Of a DNA stretch of 64,000 nucleotides, positions 47,831 through 55,472 are shown in pieces (position 1 is the stretch's first letter; each line of letters starts with the position of its first letter). Location of the stretch: NCBI GenBank assembly GCA_963781195.1, contig CAWAEZ010000016.1, positions 40,523 through 104,522 of the forward strand, given 5' to 3'. The notes under the pieces were generated by a model. The model did not search any database. It saw only the letters and a list, made by a program, of their open reading frames with translations, and was not told where the DNA came from. The stretch comes from an uncultured Alphaproteobacteria bacterium. Lineage in GTDB: Bacteria; Pseudomonadota; Alphaproteobacteria; Rhizobiales; Xanthobacteraceae. The translations under genes were made by a program, and so were the position numbers.

Positions 47831-48444
47831 GTAGCCGGCTCGAAAAAGTTTCACTTTATCGGCGATGGACGGATGATCGGCGCCAAGTGACTTACCACCC
47901 GCCACGGGCCAGGCGGCGCTGGCGCGCGGCGATGTAAAAAGTGTGCCCGCAATCCACAGGCCGGCACCTGAAAGATGCCAGAAACGGAACATTATCCGGA
48001 CGTCACCCGATGGCTGATTTTGCCGCGCAAGCAGGCCTGCTCCCTCATGGGCGGGGTAGGGCCGCGTAAGCAGGACGGCCCCAGGATGGCTGGCACCCTG
48101 GGGCACCCCGCAGCTCCGGAAATTGGTAGCACCGGCTCCAGAGGAGGATGCGGTTTGCAACGCCCTGACGAGATCCCGGTCCAGCGTGCGTGCAGTGATA
48201 CGTGATGAGCTCTGCTCTCTGCCCGTCAGCGGTGTCGTGTGCTGGCTGTTCCCCCCGACAGCGAGATGGGCGCCAGGCCGCCTCGCAAACTTCTCTAAAA
48301 TTGACGTTTTTCTTGTATGACAACGCTGCCGGATTTTGTCCAAGTGCGGCAGCAGCCGAAGTGATCGTGGGTGTTCCCGGCGCCGCAGCCCTGACGCTCT
48401 CCGGCGTCGTCGTTAGCAATCTTGTGTTTTGAGGGCTACGAACA

Positions 48445-48642
48445 GTGAACCACAAAAAATTCGATATCGCCCCTTTTGAACGGAAGCCCGGCGTCTGGCG
48501 CGCGAAAATAACTCGAGAAGATGGTTCTCCCATCGAACATGACGGGCTCAAGCGCCCTGAATTCGAGACCTCCGATGCGACAACCGCCGAGGAGGCCGAG
48601 CAGCTGGCTATCGATCAGATCGACGCAAAATGGTTTACTTGA
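48445..48642 (+). CDS. small hypothetical protein (65 aa)
   Basis: Balanced composition (FERKPGVWRAKITREDGSPIEHDG…AEEAEQLAIDQIDAKW). Confidence 0.45.
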   Translation: MNHKKFDIAPFERKPGVWRAKITREDGSPIEHDGLKRPEFETSDATTAEEAEQLAIDQIDAKWFT

Positions 48643-48705
48643 GGGGTCAGCCGCGGCGTGCGTGCTGGGGAGATCGACTGTCGAGCAGCGGAGGAGGATG
48701 GGCGC

Positions 48706-49077
48706 ATGAGGACTGGGTTCGTGCGATTCGCCAACATCGTCGCTGAGGCCTCAGGCTACCCTTCAGTGTTTTTCGTGGCTGTCTTGATCGTGGTCATATG
48801 GTTGACCACAGGGCCCATCTTCCACTTTTCGGACACTTGGCAGCTCGTCATGAACACCCTGACGAGCGTCATCACCTTCCTCATGGTCTTCTTGATCCAG
48901 ACCTCCCAAAACCGGGACAGCGCGGCGCTTCAGGCGAAGCTCGACGAGCTGATTAGAGTGGGAACCGCCCAAAACCTGTTTGTTGGACTGGAGCACTTGT
49001 CGCCCGAGGAGATCGCGGAGATACGGCGCGAACTGCACGGGCATTTGGAGCGTCGGCGAAAGCCGGCGGAGGGGTGA
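48706..49077 (+). CDS. low-affinity iron permease family protein
   Basis: Start at MRTGFVRFANIVAE. Has two TM helices and FLIQTSQNRDSAALQAKLDELI, typical of PF04120. Confidence 0.75.
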   Translation: MRTGFVRFANIVAEASGYPSVFFVAVLIVVIWLTTGPIFHFSDTWQLVMNTLTSVITFLMVFLIQTSQNRDSAALQAKLDELIRVGTAQNLFVGLEHLSPEEIAEIRRELHGHLERRRKPAEG

Positions 49078-49317
49078 GGCAGCGCGGTATGCCGCGCGGC
49101 TCCGCTTAGATCAAGGAGGTGGAGGCTTGACGCCCTGCCCATGCCCTTCGAGAGGCGGGACACTTTCGATTTTCCAGTTGCTGCACTCAAGGTGCGATGG
49201 GCGCAGCGCGGCCACGAGTTCGGAGCATCCATCGGACGTTGTCGATCGAGGAGGCTGGAGCGGTTTTGGGGCGTGTCGGTTAAGGCCCCAGTCGCCCTGG
49301 CGGGGAGCCATCGCCTA

Positions 49318-49539
49318 TCATGTGGTAGCGTACGATTCAAGAAATCCACAAGACGTGCATCGATAGGTCGTGACAGCCAGCTTTTGCTTGCCCTTGAACG
49401 TCACGCCTCCGAGCCAGTTCTTTTCCGGCGCACCCTCGATCCAACTCGGGACAAGGACGCCTCCGTAAGTGGCATCGGGAACAAATCCTAGTTCCATGCC
49501 ATGTTGGCATTTTGGGCATTTGGGGCTGCGCTGCAGCAT
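49318..49539 (-). CDS. small zinc-ribbon protein
   Basis: 73 aa with CPKC near the N-terminus and CTSC near the C-terminus. Confidence 0.5.
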   Translation of the reverse strand: MLQRSPKCPKCQHGMELGFVPDATYGGVLVPSWIEGAPEKNWLGGVTFKGKQKLAVTTYRCTSCGFLESYATT

Positions 49540-49794
49540 GGGTGCTGATCCTCAATTTTTCTCAGCGTAGGACGCGTCCACAACAAGCTCGAGCGCACCG
49601 AAGGCGACAGTCTACTCGTCGCGGTTACCTCCGGGTTGCAATCTCCTGTTTCGCTGCGCTTCGCTTCCGTTCACGCCGGTTCGACAGCGTGAAATACCTC
49701 GGTCTGTCACGGCCTTGGCGGTAGCGGTACAACACGTCACTCTGGCGTATTTGGGCTAACATTAGCCCACCGTTGAGACGACGCGAATTCGCGC

Positions 49795-49839
49795 TTCGTA
49801 ATGATGGGGTCGGGGGTTCGAATCCCTCTTGCGGCACCA
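49795..49839 (+). other. tRNA-Thr 3' fragment (anticodon loop to CCA), att-like
   Basis: Identical to 42491-42535. The upstream sequence is unrelated to the tRNA 5' half. Confidence 0.9.
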
Positions 49840-50275
49840 ATGACTTAGTTGTTCGGCCCGTTGGGTGCCGGATCGCACCTGAGACATGGGTGACAATCGC
49901 TCGGGGCCGGTAGCACGTGCCTTGCCTGCGATCGGCCGACGCGGTCTGCTTGAACAGCGGAACACACTGGCGCGAAGGTCTTGGATAGCGTTTCCCTGTT
50001 GCTCAGGTGCCGAATGCAGCCGGTGAAGCCCCGCAACCCGCGGCGTAGGCCAACTGCCTGTCGGCAACCCTAAATTTCCTCCGCGTTCCACCGCGGCCAC
50101 GTGCCCTTCTCCACTGACCATCCCCGATCACGCTCCTGGAGCACCAACCTTCTGGCACCTGCCTGTCCGCAGCACCTCGCTCAGATTTTCGCGCGCGGCC
50201 CGCTGTGAGTCTCCCAGCCGCGATCTGCCCAGGCTAAACGCAAACCAGGCGCGTGCGCGCAGTTTCACGGCTCAA
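49795..50275 (+). repeat. direct repeat copy 2 (includes a ~190-bp extra block about 50040-50230)
   Basis: See 42491-42800. Confidence 0.85.
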
Positions 50276-50322
50276 CTCTGAACGGGAAAGAAGCCCGCGC
50301 ATGAACCAGACAAAAATGCATT

Positions 50323-51600
50323 TCAACCGAACAATCCGAGTTTGGCCACAAGCTCAAGTTCCCGCGAGGCGAGGCGATCGCCGATATCCCTGCGATACCG
50401 CGCATTCGGAATGATCACCCGATCGGCGAGCTGGTTTGCGCGGTCGCGCGCGACTTGAACGGTGTCCCCGGTACCGGTGACGACCATGGTCCAGCCGAAC
50501 GCACCGCTCGTAACAAGCCGGCCGTCCTTCAAGCCGACCTCGCCATAATGAAGATGGCGCCTCTCGTCGGCCCCCACACGGTCGAAGACGATCGGCATGC
50601 CCACCGGTTCGTTAACGACATTCCGCCCATAGGGAAACGGCGGCGTCGTCATCACCAAACCGGCGGCGAATCCGGGACGCGTCTTCAGGGTCGCCGCGGT
50701 CCTCGTCACCAACCCATGGAATAACTCGCCCCAAGGCGTTTCCTGGAGCGGTTCGAGAATCGAATAGCCGGGATATCCAAAGCGGCAGGTAAACTCGAGC
50801 GGCCAGATGCCGCGTTCATTCACGATCGTGTTGAGATTGATGTAACCGCAATATCGCCCCTCCCTGAGAACGGGCGCCACACGTCCGAGCGTCAGCTCAT
50901 GGAAACGTGCGGTGCGTTCATAGGTGACGACCGTTCCCATCTCCCCGGTGAGTTCTCCCAGATCGCCGGGGAAAAAGCGCTTGTGCTCCCAATCCAGGCA
51001 TGAGGGCTCGAGAAACTCTTCGCCGTTGAAGTAGGCGCCGACCCCCATCTCGACGCCGTCGACATGCTCCATCAACACCACACTGTACAAATCATCCGTC
51101 AGGCCATCCAGAAACGCCCGCACGTCGGCCCCATCGTCGAGCCGTCCGACAAAGCTTTCCCGTGGACCGTTGAATTTTACGACGTAGCGTCCGGGATGGG
51201 TATAGAGAAAGCCCGACGCGCTGCGCGCGCTTTCAAACTCATGGCACTCACAAATCGAGAGGCCGAGCCCGCGGAGCACGTGCTGGCCGAATGCCCGGTC
51301 GTTCTCGAGCCGATCGCCGTAGGCACTGCCACCGATGACGTGAAGCCCGTGGCGCCGCAGGTCATCTTGAAGCGCGCCGCGTCCCTCTGCGGCGTTTTCG
51401 AAAATGATAATTCCTTGATCGCCCGCTTCACGAACCCACGCCATTTCATCGCGCCAATTTTCTGTGTGGGTCACAAGACCCGCGAGCGTGCCGGCGCAGA
51501 GCGGATTCGAGATGTAGACTTTGACTTCATGCCCCTCCTCGAGAAGGCGCATATACAGCGAACCCAGATCGCAATAGTCGCCAATCCCGAGGAAGCGCAT
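50323..51600 (-). CDS. PurD-like ATP-grasp ligase (not the housekeeping purD context)
   Basis: Start at MRFLGIGDY. PurD-like landmarks are present (GGSAYGDRLENDRAFG, VVKFNG, WEHKRFFPGDLGELTGEMG versus PurD DHKR..D.GPNTGGMG). Confidence 0.8.
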   Translation of the reverse strand: MRFLGIGDYCDLGSLYMRLLEEGHEVKVYISNPLCAGTLAGLVTHTENWRDEMAWVREAGDQGIIIFENAAEGRGALQDDLRRHGLHVIGGSAYGDRLENDRAFGQHVLRGLGLSICECHEFESARSASGFLYTHPGRYVVKFNGPRESFVGRLDDGADVRAFLDGLTDDLYSVVLMEHVDGVEMGVGAYFNGEEFLEPSCLDWEHKRFFPGDLGELTGEMGTVVTYERTARFHELTLGRVAPVLREGRYCGYINLNTIVNERGIWPLEFTCRFGYPGYSILEPLQETPWGELFHGLVTRTAATLKTRPGFAAGLVMTTPPFPYGRNVVNEPVGMPIVFDRVGADERRHLHYGEVGLKDGRLVTSGAFGWTMVVTGTGDTVQVARDRANQLADRVIIPNARYRRDIGDRLASRELELVAKLGLFG

Positions 51601-51610
51601 GCGGCCGCTG

Positions 51611-52528
51611 CTACGCGGCCATTTGAAGCGTGCGGCCGAGATCGAATTCACGTCGGTACCTGGCGAAGGTCCGCTCGCCGTGCCAAAGCCTCATGATCGC
51701 CCCCTCCCCGATCGCTTGGGCGCGGCGGGGATCTTCCCTTACCAGGGGGCGAAGGACCTCGCGGTTCCACGCTTCGGAGTGCTTCACGTCGAGCACGGCA
51801 TGAACGGCGAAGTAGTGTCGCTGTTTCGCAGAGATCCCGAGGCGTTTCAGCCCAGCGTTGACGTAGCCCGCGCGGGTCGGCGCCGTCATCTCGATGACGC
51901 CGAGCGCACCTATCGAATGGAACGCATACCGTCTGTGTCGGGCGAGCGCTATCATCGTGTTACCCAGCGCGAGCGCCTCCGGCACCACCGTTTCCGCCGT
52001 CGGCGAAAGTTCGAAATGATCGGAAAGTCGCGCCAGCATCGGGCCGTGCATACCCTTGCCGAAACCGCGCCCCATTTCATCCCAAAAGTTACGCGCCATT
52101 TCGAGCTTGGCTTGCGTACCGACTTTGATCTGAGTCAGAGCCAGCAAATCCTCAAAACCGGCTTCTCCCGCGACTTCCTGCAGCATGAACCAAGTCATCT
52201 GCTCCAGGTTCGCGCGCTCGGCCAGCCACGGAAACAGCGGATCGCCCTGACCGGGCCCGCGCTCCTTCAGGCGCTCGAACCAGTCGATAAAGCCCGTTTC
52301 ATCGGACGGAATGGCTTGCGTCATCGGCGTTATCCACTTTCGCATCCGTTCGATGAATGCGATTTCCGCGGCCGACACCCGCGCCTCTTTGAGCAGTTCG
52401 TCGGCCGCCGCCTCTTCCGGAAGACGGGGGTTGAAACGGTTGGCGTTGTAATTGGCGAGACCGATTTGGAATTCGGCGAAGCGCGGGCCGGTCAATTCAG
52501 CACGCCACCTCGTCCAGTCACGACTCAT
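51611..52528 (-). CDS. heme-oxygenase-like fold, iron-containing redox enzyme family protein (HDO-type)
   Basis: ATG at 52528 follows an AGGAG RBS. FWDEMGRGFGKGMHGPML and HYFAVHAVLDVKHSE resemble the paired E..H / D..H metal motifs of PF14518-type proteins. Confidence 0.7.
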   Translation of the reverse strand: MSRDWTRWRAELTGPRFAEFQIGLANYNANRFNPRLPEEAAADELLKEARVSAAEIAFIERMRKWITPMTQAIPSDETGFIDWFERLKERGPGQGDPLFPWLAERANLEQMTWFMLQEVAGEAGFEDLLALTQIKVGTQAKLEMARNFWDEMGRGFGKGMHGPMLARLSDHFELSPTAETVVPEALALGNTMIALARHRRYAFHSIGALGVIEMTAPTRAGYVNAGLKRLGISAKQRHYFAVHAVLDVKHSEAWNREVLRPLVREDPRRAQAIGEGAIMRLWHGERTFARYRREFDLGRTLQMAA

Positions 52529-52539
52529 GATCAGTCTCC

Positions 52540-53556
52540 TCAATCAACATCGATTGTAACCCCGACGACCGCCAGGCGATCTACGCGATCGTAAGGAGAG
52601 TGATCGAGCTCCTCGCCAAACACGTCGGGATCGATTTCTTCGTAGGCCACCCTCGCTCCGCGTCCCGCAACCGCGGACAGGAGGGCAGAACGGAACACGT
52701 CCGAGCCCTTTACGATGGCCGAACCGGTGTAGAGCACAAGCCGGCCCCCCGGAGCGAGATACGACAGGCCTTCTTTGGCGATACGCAACGAGAGCTCGGC
52801 ACCAAGGGCGCCGCCGCCGTGCCTGTAGGCGCGGGCCGTGGGATCGACCAGATAAGGCGGATTGGCGATAATGAGGTCGAACCGGCCTGAAAGGCACGCG
52901 AACAGATCGCTTTCGACGATCGTTACATCGGGGACTGCGTTGAGCGCCGCGTTGATGCGGCAGAATCGCAGCGCACCCCGATTGATGTCGGCCAAGGTGA
53001 TCCGCGGGCGGAACTGCGCTGCCCGCTCCGCCATATAAAGGCCGCCGGCTCCGCTGCCGGCGCCAACATCCAGGATCCTCGGCGAGTCGCAGCAGTCGCT
53101 CCGCGTGATCACGTCGCGGGTGGATTCGATGAACCGGGCGAAGCGGTAGGTATCCGGCCCAAAGAACACGGCATCGGACTGCTCGGTCGGAAACGAGGAA
53201 TGCACGAACAGCTGCCGGCCCAAGGTCGAAAATCGGATCTTGCTCTTCAGCTTGTCTCCCGCGCGTTCCACCATCCCCGCCTCGGTCAAACGCAGCAACT
53301 CGTTCGGCGCGATGTCGCTTCGGGAAAACGGCCGATTCCAGCCGAGAATATCCTCGATCGTCAAAGCGCCAAGATGGGGCCGCCGGTTGACCCTGGCATG
53401 GCTGGCCGGCGATATCGTGGTGAAACTGTAGCCCCGCCGTTTGAGGCGAAGCCCCAAATCGACAATCGCCTGATCGGCGCGATCAAGCGGTCCGCAAAGC
53501 TGCCCGTAAGGGGCGACGTCCGACGCAACCGCGCGACTTGTACCAACAACATCCAT
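52540..53556 (-). CDS. class I SAM-dependent methyltransferase with NPPY motif (PrmC/HemK-like N-methyltransferase fold)
   Basis: ILDVGAGSGAGG (motif I) and DLIIANPPY (motif IV), with a ~150-aa N-terminal extra domain. Confidence 0.85.
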   Translation of the reverse strand: MDVVGTSRAVASDVAPYGQLCGPLDRADQAIVDLGLRLKRRGYSFTTISPASHARVNRRPHLGALTIEDILGWNRPFSRSDIAPNELLRLTEAGMVERAGDKLKSKIRFSTLGRQLFVHSSFPTEQSDAVFFGPDTYRFARFIESTRDVITRSDCCDSPRILDVGAGSGAGGLYMAERAAQFRPRITLADINRGALRFCRINAALNAVPDVTIVESDLFACLSGRFDLIIANPPYLVDPTARAYRHGGGALGAELSLRIAKEGLSYLAPGGRLVLYTGSAIVKGSDVFRSALLSAVAGRGARVAYEEIDPDVFGEELDHSPYDRVDRLAVVGVTIDVD

Positions 53557-53699
53557 TTGAATGGGACCGCAGCTTTCAACCTCCTTTAAACGGCGCCGGT
53601 TGGGGAAGGTTCCACGGGTTCAAATTCGCCAGGGAACCGTGGTTCTTCCGGGCGCCGCGTGATCTTGCGTTCGGCTCGGCCGGTGCTTAGCATTCCTGC

Positions 53700-54071
53700 A
53701 TGCTTCTGATCAGAACGCGCGTCGGACCAAGTCGTATCCACGGGAACGGCGTCTTCGCGTGCGAGACGGTGGTTCGCGGAGCGGTTGTGTGGCGGTTCGA
53801 ACCTGCGTTCGATCGGGTGATCGCCGAAGCGGAATTGGCGACGACCCCGGCTTCCTTCCAGGAATATGTCCAGATGTACGCTTACGCTTCGGCAGACCTG
53901 GATGGTCGCCTTCTGCTTCCATGCGATCACGCCAAATTTCTCAATCACGCTGTGGACCCGAATACCGAAACTCTGCCGTTCAGGTCGGTGGCCAGCCGGC
54001 TGATCGAGGCGGGTGACGAAATCACCTGCGATTACGGCGCATTCTGTGTCGGCTGGACGGGATTCGACTGA
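53700..54071 (+). CDS. SET-domain protein (123 aa)
   Basis: GNGVFA, FLNHAVDPN (the NHSxxPN-like motif) and GDEITCDYG. Confidence 0.75.
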   Translation: MLLIRTRVGPSRIHGNGVFACETVVRGAVVWRFEPAFDRVIAEAELATTPASFQEYVQMYAYASADLDGRLLLPCDHAKFLNHAVDPNTETLPFRSVASRLIEAGDEITCDYGAFCVGWTGFD

Positions 54072-54110
54072 GAGCGCTCTATCCTCTGAACGCCCGAAAG
54101 GAAGTGGGTC

Positions 54111-54530
54111 GTGAATCGACAGCTGCCGCACCGCAACCTTTATACGCGGATCAAGGCATCGGCCAACGGCGTCGGCTTGTTCGCGATCCGCGACATTCCC
54201 AAGGGCACTAGATTATTCGTCGGCGACGTTGGTCAAACCGTAAGAATACCCGTACCAGATGTCGAGACGCTGGGTGATCCTGAGCTTCGGCAGATGTACC
54301 TGGATTTTTGCCCTGTCGTCGATAATCATTTTGTGGCGCCAATCGATTTCAATCAAATGACCATGAGCTGGTATTTAAATCATTCGGACGCGCCGAACGT
54401 CACGGCGCTTCGCGAGCTGCAATTCGTTACGTCGCGCGTGGTCGCAGCAGGTGAAGAACTGACGGTGGATTACACGGCCTTCAGCGATCATGCCTCAGGC
54501 TACGTTGCCGCTTGGCGCGACTGCAAATGA
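54111..54530 (+). CDS. SET-domain protein (139 aa)
   Basis: GVGLFAIRDIPKGT, YLNHSDAPN and GEELTVDYT. Uses a GTG start. Confidence 0.75.
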   Translation: MNRQLPHRNLYTRIKASANGVGLFAIRDIPKGTRLFVGDVGQTVRIPVPDVETLGDPELRQMYLDFCPVVDNHFVAPIDFNQMTMSWYLNHSDAPNVTALRELQFVTSRVVAAGEELTVDYTAFSDHASGYVAAWRDCK

Positions 54531-55141
54531 GGTGACGACCGCCGCCGCGACGGGCGCACGGTGAGCGTCAGGACCACCGGCCAGCCGCCACGCAGATGCC
54601 GATCATCGTCACGTTCGAAAGCGCCTCGCGGACGCCGGACCTGCACCGCAGCGCCTGGTGCAGGACGAACATCCGCAGTGGCTTGCCCTCGAACCCGACC
54701 ACGCTGTGTTCGCGGGACTCGTTCCCCGCCGGAAGGGACAGCATGACCTCCTCGGCCGAGGCGACAGGAACACGGACGACGGAGCCGCCGGACGATGTTG
54801 GCGAAAGTGATTGCCACCGGCGACCAGCCGCAACACCGCCCTCGTCCAGGATGAAAACGACCAGCCGCCCCCGCCAGCCTGCGCGCTCCGCCGGCCTGGT
54901 CGCCTGCCGTTCAGTCGGCCTTTACGCCGGCACTTTTCGCCTTGGGCCCGGCGGAAGATGGGGCGGCCAAGACCCCTTTTAATGGAGCGGCGGGGCTTTA
55001 TTCGCTATCGACCGGCCGATTCGGAACGGGCGCGGTCCGCTCCTGCCCTTCCCCGCCGAGAGGAGCCGGCCCGGGGCCGTCTTTCAGCGACCCGTCCGAC
55101 CCGGCAACGCCCCATCGCCGACCCGACCCGGCGCCGTGCAC

Positions 55142-55173
55142 AAAAAAAGGGCCGCCATCGGGGCGGCCCTTTT
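55142..55173. terminator. bidirectional rho-independent terminator
   Basis: AAAAAAA-GGGCCGCC-atcgg-GGCGGCCC-TTTT. The U-run is longer for a minus-strand transcript. Confidence 0.6.
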
Positions 55174-55472
55174 GTCAGTTGACGTTTTTGTGAGGCTTTT
55201 CGTGTGCCTTCGGTAGTATGTTGAACCGGCTCTCCCCCCAGAGAGCACGGTCCCGGCTTCGGCAACCCCCCACGACCCCCCCGTCGAGGTCGGGACCACC
55301 ATCGCGTCCAATCGTGGCATTCCCTGCGCGCAAATGTGAGCGCAATCGCGATTAATTGCAGGTGGTTGCCTCAGCTTGTTCAGAGTTCTGCCGCTTTTGA
55401 ACGCTCCGCCCGTCCAAGGGCATGGATTCCGTTGTGGTACGATTCGCGCCGCCCGAAGGGAGGGCCCGGCGC

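Larger units (their letters stand above)
42536..49794. mobile_element. tRNA-Thr-associated genomic islet, integrase-less/decayed
   Basis: Bounded by the intact tRNA and a second copy of its 3' half starting in the anticodon loop. Its interior is more AT-rich and carries gene fragments. Confidence 0.5.

Noticed and set aside
48043-48205. A possible decayed tyrosine-recombinase C-terminus in the ~600-bp coding desert at 47830-48440. The minus-strand frame reads RITARTLDRDLVRAL…GASHPGAVLLTRPYPAH, against the H.LRH…LGH…Y pattern.
   Set aside because: The resemblance is weak, the catalytic residues are not in place, and the upstream integrase regions cannot be found in any frame.
54568-54860. Protein-like minus-strand frame (…VVFILDEGGVAAG…VVRVPVASAEEVMLSLPAGNESREHSVVGFEGKPLRMFVLHQALRCRSGVREALSNVTMIGI…) in the otherwise ORF-less 54531-55140 stretch.
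   Set aside because: Only 58 codons follow the first ATG, no start exists for the longer part, and no family is recognised. It is possibly a gene remnant at the island edge.
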